Origin: an uncultured Clostridium sp.
Lineage (GTDB): Bacteria > Bacillota > Clostridia > TANB77 > CAG-508
Reading direction: 5' to 3'
Length of the DNA stretch: 64,000 nucleotides
NCBI GenBank assembly: GCA_947064765.1
Contig: CAMSWH010000004.1
Span: 1,782 to 65,781 of the forward strand
Shown here piece by piece: positions 29,429 to 38,577 of the stretch. How positions within the stretch are numbered: the stretch's first letter is position 1; each line of letters begins with the position of its first letter. The notes beneath the pieces were generated by a model. It saw nothing but the letters and a program-made list of their open reading frames with translations, ran no database searches and had not been told where the DNA came from. A program made the position numbers and the translations under genes.

Positions 29429-30465
29429 TGAAAGAATATTTAGAAAAATTAAATTCACAAATAAAAGAGTATTTTAATATTTTATCAGAAGAAATACCAG
29501 AATTTTTATTAGAATATATTAAAACTCCAGAAATGCAAAGATTAGATAAAATAAGTGCATTAGTTGGAAATGATTATACAAAATTATTTAATGTTAAATT
29601 TTTTTATTCAAGTTTATCACATAGTGTAGGAGTAGCATTAATAATTTGGAATTTCACAAAAGATAAAAAACAAACACTAGCAGGACTATTTCATGATATA
29701 GCAAGTCCTGCTTTTAGACATTGTATTGATTATCTAAATGGTGATTACTTGGTGCAAGAATCAACACAGGTTAATACTAGTGAAATAATAAAAAATTCTA
29801 AAGAAATAATGAAGTTGTTAGAAAGAGATAATATAAAATTAGAAGAAGTAGATGATTACACTTTATATCCAATAGCGGATAATAGTACTCCAAAGCTTGC
29901 AGCAGATAGATTAGAATATACTTTTTCTGATATTTTAACATTTATAGATGGTTGGAATTTAGATGAAATTAGAGAAATATATAAAGATATATGTATAATG
30001 AAAAATGAAGATAATATTGAAGAATTAGGCTTTGGTAGTATAGAAATAGCAGAAAAATTTGTAGAAGGGGCAAGCTTACTTTGGTATTCTTTTCAAAGTA
30101 ATAAAGATAAATTAAAATCACAATTTATTGCAGATATTATAAAAAAGATGAACAATAAAAATCTTATAAATAAAGAAGATTTATATATTAAATCAGAAAA
30201 AGAAATAGTAAAAATGATAGAAAATTGTAAATATAAAGAAATTTCAGAAGCTTTTAAAAAATTTAGAAAATCAGATAAAATAGGAGAAGGAGAAAATAAA
30301 CCAGAAAATAAATATTCTGTTAGCTTAGATATAAAAAGAAGGTATATAGTACCTTTAGCATCAGGAAAGAGAATAAATGAAATATCGCCAAAAGCGAAAG
30401 ATATAATAGAAAAAGTTTCTAATTATAATTCTCCCAAATATGGTTGGCTAGATTTTGATTTTTAG
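29428..30465 (+). CDS. HD-domain phosphohydrolase, paralogue 2
   Basis: LSHSVGVA, LFHDIASPAFRHCID, ADRLEYT. The start overlaps the preceding stop by 1 nt (TAATG). Confidence 0.7.
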   Translation: MKEYLEKLNSQIKEYFNILSEEIPEFLLEYIKTPEMQRLDKISALVGNDYTKLFNVKFFYSSLSHSVGVALIIWNFTKDKKQTLAGLFHDIASPAFRHCIDYLNGDYLVQESTQVNTSEIIKNSKEIMKLLERDNIKLEEVDDYTLYPIADNSTPKLAADRLEYTFSDILTFIDGWNLDEIREIYKDICIMKNEDNIEELGFGSIEIAEKFVEGASLLWYSFQSNKDKLKSQFIADIIKKMNNKNLINKEDLYIKSEKEIVKMIENCKYKEISEAFKKFRKSDKIGEGENKPENKYSVSLDIKRRYIVPLASGKRINEISPKAKDIIEKVSNYNSPKYGWLDFDF

Positions 30466-30493
30466 ATTTTGAAGTAAAAGAAAGAGGGAAAAA

Positions 30494-30811
30494 ATGGAAA
30501 ATAAATATGCGATAGTTACTACATCATGTAATGATGAAGAAAATGCGAAAGAAATTACTGAAAGATTATTAGCTAAGAGACTAGTAAGTTATGTCCAAGA
30601 AAGTAAAAGATTTAGCTCATACTATTGGAAAGGTGAAATAGTAAGAGAATATGAATACTTCTTAACAATGGGAACAAAAAAATCATTATTTAAAGAAGTA
30701 GAAAAAGAAATAAAATCTGTGCATAAATATGAAGTCCCAGCAATTACAATGTATGATATTATAGATGGAAATGAAGAGATTTTTGAATGGATGGAAAAAG
30801 AAATAATTTAA
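30494..30811 (+). CDS. cutA: CutA divalent-cation tolerance protein
   Basis: YAIVTTSC...YYWKGEIVREYEYFL...HKYEVPAI, collinear with CutA1. Confidence 0.75.
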   Translation: MENKYAIVTTSCNDEENAKEITERLLAKRLVSYVQESKRFSSYYWKGEIVREYEYFLTMGTKKSLFKEVEKEIKSVHKYEVPAITMYDIIDGNEEIFEWMEKEII

Positions 30812-30821
30812 TTTACATAAC

Positions 30822-30850
30822 TTTACTAATAAAGTGAAATATGATATAAT
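30822..30850 (+). promoter_or_regulatory. sigma-A type promoter with extended -10
   Basis: TTTACT (30822-27), 17 nt, then TG-n-TATAAT (30842-50). Confidence 0.45.
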
Positions 30851-30947
30851 TAAAACATGTACGTTTTTTGCAAATTTGCACATGCAATACTTAAGCAAAC
30901 TTGCTTAGAAAACTTCAGCAAATAATAGAACAATGGAGGAAAGCAAA

Positions 30948-31538
30948 ATGTCAAGATTATTAGAAGCTGTGTCAAGAGACTATTTGCAAACGCTTTTAAA
31001 TGGTGAATTTAGCGATAAGTTTGATTTTGAGACTTATATGCAAATTATTGCCAAAAGCTATGCAAAAAAGAATCATGAGATGTGGTGCAAGAAAAAGCGG
31101 GAAGATGGGTATGTTTATGGTAACAGAGAAGATGATGAACAGAAAACATCCAATTTGTTGGTAGATTTCAATGATTTACCTGATTATTATAAACAATCCA
31201 AGATTGATAGCGCAAAAGCAGTACTGGAAGTGACAATGCAATGTGGATATGCAGTTGGAATACCAACTGAAGAACAGGAAAAGGAAAAGTTAATCTCCTT
31301 AATTGCTGAATCAATTCACAATAAGTGGGTAATAGGCAAAGCGAGAGAGGGATATAGCTACGGAGAAATGCAAAACGACAATCCTAAAAATGGTCCTTTA
31401 ACTCATAGGGACATGATTCCGTTCAAAGATATATTGGTGCACTATCCAGAAGATGCAGAACTTGAATTTCAGACTGCAAAAAGCGTTGTTGATGGAATGC
31501 TGGAGAATGGATATATTCTGGTGAAATTTGCTGGATAA
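30948..31538 (+). CDS. tandem RyR-domain protein
   Basis: Two repeats with the RyR pattern: HEMWCKKKREDGYVYGNREDDEQKTSNLLVDFNDLP...GY and HNKWVIGKAREGYSYGEMQND...THRDMIPFKDI...GY. ATG 30948 sits behind GGAGGA. Confidence 0.65.
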   Translation: MSRLLEAVSRDYLQTLLNGEFSDKFDFETYMQIIAKSYAKKNHEMWCKKKREDGYVYGNREDDEQKTSNLLVDFNDLPDYYKQSKIDSAKAVLEVTMQCGYAVGIPTEEQEKEKLISLIAESIHNKWVIGKAREGYSYGEMQNDNPKNGPLTHRDMIPFKDILVHYPEDAELEFQTAKSVVDGMLENGYILVKFAG

Positions 31539-31566
31539 TATTTATTTGTGGCTAACAGTCACCAAG

Positions 31567-31598
31567 AAGCCTGGACGGATATGGTCCAGGGCTTTTTT
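31567..31598 (+). terminator. Rho-independent terminator (GC-rich stem)
   Basis: GCCTGGAC / GTCCAGGGC stem followed by TTTTTT. Confidence 0.75.
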
Positions 31599-31690
31599 GG
31601 TTTTTTATCCATTTATTTAAAAAAACTATTTACTTTTTTTGAATTAAATAATAAAATCTTTATATATAAAATAAAAAGGAACAAAAGAAA

Positions 31691-32503
31691 ATGAAAAAAT
31701 ATTATCACATGGCTCCATTAAGTAAAGTACGTTCTATAAGTAATTTAGGACTTACACCACAAAATGGAGATAATAGTAAAGCTTCTGAAAAAGTATGTTT
31801 TTCAGAAGGAATGACAGGAGCAGTAGCATTATATACTGATTTACAAAAACAGTATGATCAAGTAAAATCAGGAAATATAGGAAAATCACCAGAAGATAGA
31901 ATAAAGGCAATACAAGCAAGTAATTCTTTAGAAGAATACTTAGGAGGAGATGGAGTATATTTTATTTTTGATGGAACAAATATTGAAAATGAAAAAAACT
32001 TTATGAATGGATGCACATCTCAAACTATATTGCCACAAGATCTGCAAGTTTGTTTATTAAAAAATAATGATACAAATGATGTTTCTTATTCAAGATATGA
32101 TATTATAAAATATATGATGGGAAAAGTTCCATCAGAAACAATTAATTATTCAGGAAAAGATGTAGATTCTGAAAATGTATCAAAATTAACATCAGAAATA
32201 CAAGCAGATGTTAGTGATTATTATAAAAAACATGAAAAAGAAATAAATTCTTTTAAATATGGAAATTATACTATGGAAAGTGTCTCTGTAAAAGAATTTT
32301 GTGAAAATTATTTATCTAATAAAGAAAGCAATTTAACTGGGCAAAATATTGGAAAAGAGACAATGAATTTATTAGAAGATGTTGAAGCAGTTTTAGCAAT
32401 GGAAGCAATATTAGATAGAGATGTAAGAGCTATAGAACTAGAGCAAGAACAAAGTAAACAACAAGAAGCAGAAAAAGTAAGAGTAAAAAAAGATAATCAA
32501 TAA
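31691..32503 (+). CDS. hypothetical protein
   Basis: 270-aa ORF. The N-terminus YYHMAPLSKVRSISNLGLTP...KVCFSEG weakly recalls the opening strands of ADP-ribosyltransferase/Tpt1-like folds (unverified). Confidence 0.6.
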   Translation: MKKYYHMAPLSKVRSISNLGLTPQNGDNSKASEKVCFSEGMTGAVALYTDLQKQYDQVKSGNIGKSPEDRIKAIQASNSLEEYLGGDGVYFIFDGTNIENEKNFMNGCTSQTILPQDLQVCLLKNNDTNDVSYSRYDIIKYMMGKVPSETINYSGKDVDSENVSKLTSEIQADVSDYYKKHEKEINSFKYGNYTMESVSVKEFCENYLSNKESNLTGQNIGKETMNLLEDVEAVLAMEAILDRDVRAIELEQEQSKQQEAEKVRVKKDNQ

Positions 32504-32506
32504 GGG

Positions 32507-32959
32507 GTGATTGTTATACAAAAGAAAAATACTGCATATGCACAAGTATTGGAAATATTAAATTATATGAAAATAGAAGATTATTTTAAAATTCCAAGAG
32601 AATTAATTTGTGCATTAGAAACTAATAAAGACAAAGATTCAGACTTTAAATATAATAAGGAAAAAGATTTTCTTGAGCAAAATGTTTCTGCTGAAGCAAA
32701 ATTAATATTGGCAATATTTTTTAAGAGATATTGGGCTACTGATGAACAAAAGGCTAAGATTAAAGTATATGAAATTAATAAAATTACAGCAATTGAAGAA
32801 GAAAAAAAGAAAATATATCCTAAAAATATATTAAGTAATAAAGTAATCGAAGAAAAGTTAGAAGAAAAAAGACAAAATCAATTAGCTACAATTAAAGAAC
32901 ATAATTGGTTTAAAAGATTATTAATAAAAATAAGAAAAAAATTCTCAGTTAGAGGATAA
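32507..32959 (+). CDS. hypothetical protein; start uncertain
   Basis: The ORF opens 3 nt after the previous stop. GTG 32507 abuts AAGGGG with no spacer. Confidence 0.45.
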   Translation: MIVIQKKNTAYAQVLEILNYMKIEDYFKIPRELICALETNKDKDSDFKYNKEKDFLEQNVSAEAKLILAIFFKRYWATDEQKAKIKVYEINKITAIEEEKKKIYPKNILSNKVIEEKLEEKRQNQLATIKEHNWFKRLLIKIRKKFSVRG

Positions 32960-32960
32960 G

Positions 32961-32994
32961 AAAAAAACTGTCACATTTGTTGGCAGTTTTTTTT
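32961..32994 (+). terminator. Rho-independent terminator
   Basis: AAAACTGTCA / TGGCAGTTTT stem plus a T run. Confidence 0.6.
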
Positions 32995-33120
32995 ACTAGA
33001 AAATTGTAATACGATAATCATAAAATTCAATTGAAAAAGGTCAATGTTGTTGATATAATTGGTGCATAATAAAAAGAGCTGTTTTTTAGGATAAAATATA
33101 ATGTTGGAGGAAAATTTAAT

Positions 33121-33663
33121 ATGAGTAAAATATTAAAAATAAGAGAAGTTGGAGATCCTATACTTTGTACTAAATGTAAAGAAGTAGATATAAAAAATAT
33201 TAATCAAGAAATTCTAGAAGACATTGGTGATTTGAAAGAAACTCTAAATTTTACAGAGGGATTTGGAATTGCAGCACCACAAGTAGGAATTAATAGAAGA
33301 ATAATAATCATTCAAGTAGATAAACAAAAATGTACATATAAAGATTGTGAAGAAGTACCAATTACAGTAATGATAAACCCAATATGGAAAAAACTATCAG
33401 AAGAAACAGAATTTGAATTTGAAGGTTGTTTAAGTGTTCCTTATATAAGAGGAAAAGTAGAAAGATATACAAATATAGAAGTAACATATTATAATGAATT
33501 TGGAGAAAAAATTACAAAACAGTTAAGAGGATTTACAGCAAGGGATGTGCAACATGAGTGTGATCATTTAGATGGCATAGTATTTTTAGAAAAAGTAAAA
33601 GAACATAATGGATTTGCAACTAAAGAAATGATAAATAAATTTAATTTAAAAGAGAATGTATAG
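33121..33663 (+). CDS. def: peptide deformylase
   Basis: GIAAPQVG, EGCLS and HECDH motifs. Confidence 0.9.
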   Translation: MSKILKIREVGDPILCTKCKEVDIKNINQEILEDIGDLKETLNFTEGFGIAAPQVGINRRIIIIQVDKQKCTYKDCEEVPITVMINPIWKKLSEETEFEFEGCLSVPYIRGKVERYTNIEVTYYNEFGEKITKQLRGFTARDVQHECDHLDGIVFLEKVKEHNGFATKEMINKFNLKENV

Positions 33664-33694
33664 AATAATATATTTTGTTTAATAGTAGTATATA

Positions 33695-33745
33695 AAATGT
33701 GAAACTTTTTTAGTAATATTTACTAATTTTGTTTCACATTTTTTA
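33695..33745. terminator. bidirectional terminator between convergent def and the antitoxin gene
   Basis: AAAATGTGAAAC / GTTTCACATTTT stem flanked by A and T runs. Confidence 0.7.
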
Positions 33746-33808
33746 TAAGTAAAAATAAATATTAAGATATTTAAGTCAATTTTATTCTAAATTGAAAGTT
33801 TTAAATTA

Positions 33809-34045
33809 TTATAATATATTTGTTTCTTCGTCTATTAATGCATTTTCTATATTTCCTAAAGTAACTTCTAATGCTTTTTCTGTTCCAATTTTCTCCATTA
33901 ATTTTGAGTATTTATCTAAACTCATTATAACCATTGAGCCATATCCATTTTTTGTTAAATAAACTTCTTCATCTTTTTTTAACACTAAATCTTCAACTTC
34001 TGGATATTTATTTCTTAAATCTGATATTGGTTTAATATAAATCAT
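33809..34045 (-). CDS. Phd/YefM-family antitoxin-like protein (orphan)
   Basis: IKPISDLRNKYPEVEDLV...VYLTKNGYGSMVIMSLDKY matches the Phd/YefM N-terminal pattern. Confidence 0.65.
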   Translation of the reverse strand: MIYIKPISDLRNKYPEVEDLVLKKDEEVYLTKNGYGSMVIMSLDKYSKLMEKIGTEKALEVTLGNIENALIDEETNIL

Positions 34046-34191
34046 AATTTACCACTCCTTTTTTATCATAGTTTTAACCAATTTTTAAAGTATTATTCTT
34101 CAAATTTTGTAACTTTTTAAAATTTTATAGAATAATATAATTCAAGAATTGGTTATTTTTTTAACCTATATTTTTAGAAAGGAAGGAACAT

Positions 34192-35466
34192 ATGAATACT
34201 TTAAGATTAAATTCTCGTGGTCCTGAAGTAGATTTACTACAAAGTACTTTGCAAAAACTTGGATTTTATAATGGTGCTATTGACGGAATTTTTGGTTTTC
34301 AAACTTTTACTGCTGTACAAAATTTTCAAAGACAATTTGGTCTTTCTGTTGATGGTATTGTTGGAACAAATACTTGGAATGCATTAATGCCTTATATTAA
34401 TGGAAATACTACTTATACTATTAAAGAAGGAGATACTTTTCATAAATTAGCACAAAAATATTCTACGACTGTTGATGCAATTATTTATGCAAATCCAGAT
34501 GTAGATTACAATAATTTATCTATTGGAGAAGAAATTATTATACCTTTTGGAAGTGTCGTTCAAACTAATATTAGATATACTTCTCAGATTTTAGGTCTTA
34601 ATGTGTCTGCTCTTCAAACAATTTATCCATTTCTTGAAATATCATCTATTGGTACTAGTGTTCTTGGTAGAAGAATTCAATGTATGAAGTTTGGTAATGG
34701 GCAAAAAGAAGTTTTTTATTGTGCTGCAACGCATGCCAATGAATGGATTACAGCACCACTATTAATGAAATTTATGGAGAATTTGTGTAAGAGTTATGTA
34801 AACAACCTTAATATTTTTGGATATAATGCTAGAGACCTTTTTAGCAATGTGTCTTTATATATTGTACCTATGGTTAATCCAGATGGAGTTGATTTAGTAA
34901 CTGGATTAATAAATGAAAATTCTATGGTATATAATAATGCAAGAAGAATAGCTAATAATTTTCCTAGTATACCTTTTACTAGTGGATGGAAAGCAAATAT
35001 AGAGGGGATTGACTTAAATCTTCAATTTCCTGCTGGATGGGCTGAAGCTAAAGAAATAAAATATGCTCAAGGATTTGATAAACCTGCACCACGTGATTTT
35101 GTTGGTTATGGTCCTCTTACTGCTCCAGAATCTGTTGCTTTATACAATTTTACTCTTAGACATAATTTTAGTTTAATGATAACATACCATACACAAGGAC
35201 GTGTAATTTATTATAAATATCAAGATCAAACACCACCAAATAGTGAAGAAATTGCTAAGAAATTTGCTGATATTTCTGGTTATACTATTGAGGAAGTTCC
35301 AACAAATTCTAGCTTTGCTGGATATAAAGATTGGTTTATTCTTTATTACAATAAACCTGGTTTTACTATTGAAGTTGGACTTGGTGAAAATCCTGTTGCT
35401 ATTTCACAATTTGCCGGAATTTACAGAGAAAATTTAGGTATTTTAGTTACTGGAATGGTACAATAA
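34192..35466 (+). CDS. gamma-D-glutamyl-diamino-acid endopeptidase-like M14 peptidase with PG-binding and LysM domains
   Basis: PGBD ([20 protein letters not shown]), LysM ([16 protein letters not shown]), and an M14 core (HANEWIT, NPDG). Confidence 0.75.
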   Translation: MNTLRLNSRGPEVDLLQSTLQKLGFYNGAIDGIFGFQTFTAVQNFQRQFGLSVDGIVGTNTWNALMPYINGNTTYTIKEGDTFHKLAQKYSTTVDAIIYANPDVDYNNLSIGEEIIIPFGSVVQTNIRYTSQILGLNVSALQTIYPFLEISSIGTSVLGRRIQCMKFGNGQKEVFYCAATHANEWITAPLLMKFMENLCKSYVNNLNIFGYNARDLFSNVSLYIVPMVNPDGVDLVTGLINENSMVYNNARRIANNFPSIPFTSGWKANIEGIDLNLQFPAGWAEAKEIKYAQGFDKPAPRDFVGYGPLTAPESVALYNFTLRHNFSLMITYHTQGRVIYYKYQDQTPPNSEEIAKKFADISGYTIEEVPTNSSFAGYKDWFILYYNKPGFTIEVGLGENPVAISQFAGIYRENLGILVTGMVQ

Positions 35467-35480
35467 AATATATCAAATAT

Positions 35481-35514
35481 AAAAGTGAAGTTCATTTATG
35501 AATTTCACTTTTAT
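35481..35514 (+). terminator. Rho-independent terminator
   Basis: AAAAGTGAAGTTCAT / ATGAATTTCACTTTT. Confidence 0.7.
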
Positions 35515-35658
35515 TCTTTAACAGGAAAGTGCTTTGAAATTCTTATTAAAGAAAAGCTAGGTCAACATTTGTTTAAAATATATATCAGACACTTGAAAAA
35601 TTAAAACATTTATTATAGAATAAATTTGAAAAATTATACTATATATGAGGTGAAAAAA

Positions 35659-35961
35659 GTGCTAATAGAAGCAGAAATAAAAGAACTATCAGAGAAAAAA
35701 GAATATACAAAAGTTTTCAATTATTTTCATGATGAGTATACAAATATGTTAAAAAACTTTTTAAAAAGACACGAAGTAGAGATTAATGAAAATGATTGTT
35801 TAATTGATTATATAGTTAAAACTAGGTTTTTTATGCCTAAATATATTTCATATACAATTCCAATTTCAAATGCCATGTATAATGAAGATTTAACAGAAGC
35901 AATGAAATATGAATTACTTATGAGTAGCTATAAAGATGTAATAAAAGCATTTAGTAAATAA
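35659..35961 (+). CDS. hypothetical small protein
   Basis: ORF 35626-35961. GTG 35659 sits 6 nt after GAGGTG. Confidence 0.45.
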   Translation: MLIEAEIKELSEKKEYTKVFNYFHDEYTNMLKNFLKRHEVEINENDCLIDYIVKTRFFMPKYISYTIPISNAMYNEDLTEAMKYELLMSSYKDVIKAFSK

Positions 35962-36069
35962 CATATGTGATAATAAGTTATTAAAAAAATAATAATATAA
36001 TTTAAAATAAATATTATTTTATAACTATGTAAGCTTACAGCAAAAAGAGAAAGGAATGAATCTTATAAA

Positions 36070-36960
36070 ATGAATAGAGTTGCAAAGTTCTTAGCACATG
36101 AGGGAAGAGTAAGTTTAGTATGTGCGAATACAACAGAATTAGTAGAAGAAATAAGAAATTTACATGATTTAACACCAACTACAACAGCAGCAATGGGAAG
36201 ATTTGCTACTATAACTGGGATGATGGGATTTACAGATATAAAAGAAAAAGATGATTATATTACTTTTCAAATAAATGGTAATGGTCCTATGGGTCGCTTG
36301 ATATCAGTTGTTAGAAGAGATAGTACTACATCTAAAGTAAAAGTATGTGTTGATGATCCACATGTAGAATTGCCATTAAAATCAAATGGAAAATTAGATG
36401 TTGGTGGAGCTGTTGGGAAAAATGGATTTTTAAATATAATTAATAAAAATGATGTAATAGATACAAACTATAACGGTCTGGTACCGCTTGTTTCTGGAGA
36501 AATAGCAGAAGATTTTACTGAATATTTTGCTAAATCAAAACAAAAGCCAACTGTAATAGCTTTAGGAGTTTTGATAAATAAAGATGGTGTAAAGGCTTCA
36601 GGCGGATATATGATACAATTAATGCCAGATGCAACTGAAGAAGATATATCAAAAGTAGAGAAAGCTTTAGAAAATGCACCAAGTATTAGTCAAATGATTT
36701 CAGAAGGAAGAAGCTTAGAGAATGTTGCACAAACTATTACTGGTGATGAAGATGTAATGATTTTAGCACAAGAGCTAGATATGATATATGAATGTGATTG
36801 TAGTAGAGAAAAACTTGAAAAAAGTCTTATTTCAATAGGAAAAAAAGAGATAACAAAGATAATAAAAGAAGATGGAAAAGCTGATATAATTTGCCATTTT
36901 TGCAATGAGAAATATCATTTTTCAAAAGAAGATTTAGAAGCTTTATTAGAAGAAATGTAA
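36070..36960 (+). CDS. hslO: redox-regulated chaperone Hsp33
   Basis: N-terminal Hsp33 pattern and the C-terminal zinc switch CDCSREK...CHFCNEKY. Confidence 0.9.
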   Translation: MNRVAKFLAHEGRVSLVCANTTELVEEIRNLHDLTPTTTAAMGRFATITGMMGFTDIKEKDDYITFQINGNGPMGRLISVVRRDSTTSKVKVCVDDPHVELPLKSNGKLDVGGAVGKNGFLNIINKNDVIDTNYNGLVPLVSGEIAEDFTEYFAKSKQKPTVIALGVLINKDGVKASGGYMIQLMPDATEEDISKVEKALENAPSISQMISEGRSLENVAQTITGDEDVMILAQELDMIYECDCSREKLEKSLISIGKKEITKIIKEDGKADIICHFCNEKYHFSKEDLEALLEEM

Positions 36961-36988
36961 AAAATTAATAGAAATAGGTGAGAAACAA

Positions 36989-38197
36989 ATGATAAAAAAA
37001 TTCGCAAATGAAGCAATGATTGAAGGAAATGAAAAGTGGGAAAAATCAATATCAAGAATAGAAAAATTATATGATCCTATTTATGGTGATGCTCCAATGC
37101 GTAGCGAATTTGATAGAGATTATACAAGAGTAATAAATTGTAATGCATATAGAAGATTAAAACATAAAACACAAGTATTTTTTGCTCCTAAAAATGATCA
37201 TATATGTACTAGAATTGAACATGTAAATTTAGTTGAATCAATAAGTAATACAATAGCAAATTATTTAGGATTAAACACTGAACTTACAAAAGCTATTGCA
37301 GTTACACATGATATAGGTCATAGTCCTTTTGGACATCAAGGAGAAAGAATATTATCTACTATTGCTGAGAGAGAATATGGAGAAAAGTTTTGCCATGGAA
37401 GAAATGGTGTACATTATGTAGATGATTTAGAACTTTTAAAAGATGTTGCAGGAATAAAAAGAAATTTAAATTTAACTTATGCTGTTAGAGATGGAATAAT
37501 AGGTCATTGTGGAAATCCTGATATTTCTGGTCAAAAGCCAAGAAATGAATTTATTAGTTTGGACAAGTTTACAAGACCAAATCAATATGCGCCATTTACT
37601 TGGGAAGGATGTGTTGTAAAACTTGCTGATAATATTTCGTATTTAGGAAGAGATTTAGAAGATGCAAAAGAAATGAAACTACTAACAGATAGAGATATAA
37701 ATAATTTTGATAAAGCAATAGAAAATATTAGAATAAATAATTCAAGTATAATAGGTTATTTAACAGGAGATTTATGCAAAAATAGTACAGTAGAAGATGG
37801 ACTTAAATTTTCAGATGAAGCATATAACACAATGGAAAAAATAAGAAAATTCAATTATGAAAAAATTTATAGAAATGACAAAATTCAACCAACTATTAGA
37901 TATTTTACTGTTTTAATGAATGAAATATTTTATACATTAAAAAACGAATATAATGGAACTGCTACAATTAAAAATATAAAGAAAATGAAAAGATATTATC
38001 CAGTTTTAGCAGAAGAATTTGCAAGTTGGCTTGAAGAATTTTCTAATTCAGCAGATAGAGATGATAATAAATATTCGAATAAAATTGTATATAATTTGAA
38101 TAATATAAAAGACTATAGTAGAGCGATAGTTGATTATATGTCAGGGATGACAGATCAATATATAGTTAGGGTTTATAATGAAATTGTAAGTTTTTAG
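36989..38197 (+). CDS. dGTP triphosphohydrolase-like HD protein
   Basis: RSEFDRDYTRVINCNAYRRLKHKTQVF, TRIEHV, THDIGHSPFGH. Confidence 0.8.
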   Translation: MIKKFANEAMIEGNEKWEKSISRIEKLYDPIYGDAPMRSEFDRDYTRVINCNAYRRLKHKTQVFFAPKNDHICTRIEHVNLVESISNTIANYLGLNTELTKAIAVTHDIGHSPFGHQGERILSTIAEREYGEKFCHGRNGVHYVDDLELLKDVAGIKRNLNLTYAVRDGIIGHCGNPDISGQKPRNEFISLDKFTRPNQYAPFTWEGCVVKLADNISYLGRDLEDAKEMKLLTDRDINNFDKAIENIRINNSSIIGYLTGDLCKNSTVEDGLKFSDEAYNTMEKIRKFNYEKIYRNDKIQPTIRYFTVLMNEIFYTLKNEYNGTATIKNIKKMKRYYPVLAEEFASWLEEFSNSADRDDNKYSNKIVYNLNNIKDYSRAIVDYMSGMTDQYIVRVYNEIVSF

Positions 38198-38209
38198 AAG
38201 GAGGAAAAT

Positions 38210-38461
38210 ATGGTATATAAATACGAACCAAAGGATGTTTGTTCAAGAGAAATGGATATAGATGTTGAAGGTAATACAATAAAATCTGTTAAAATTACTG
38301 GTGGATGTGATGGAAATACACAAGGAGTATCAATATTAGTTGCAGGAATGAATATTGATGATGCAATAAGAAAATTAAAAGGAATTGATTGTAGAGGAAG
38401 AGGTACTTCTTGTCCAGATCAACTAGCAAGAGCATTAGAGAAAATAAAAGCAAAAATGTAA
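38210..38461 (+). CDS. TSCPD-domain protein (TIGR03905-like)
   Basis: GGCDGNTQG...CRGRGTSCPDQLA. Confidence 0.7.
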   Translation: MVYKYEPKDVCSREMDIDVEGNTIKSVKITGGCDGNTQGVSILVAGMNIDDAIRKLKGIDCRGRGTSCPDQLARALEKIKAKM

Positions 38462-38577
38462 AATGAGTTTAAATAATGAAAATAGGAATTGATATAGATG
38501 TAGGTGATATTGTAAGAGTAAATAACTGGCTTGAAGTTTATAAATAAATAAAAAAAGTGTAAACGATTAATCTTCGT

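Noticed and set aside
38476-38547. A 23-codon ORF (MKIGIDIDVGDIVRVNNWLEVYK) after the TSCPD gene.
   Set aside because: It has no SD, is very short, and overlaps the approach to the bidirectional terminator at about 38553-38590.
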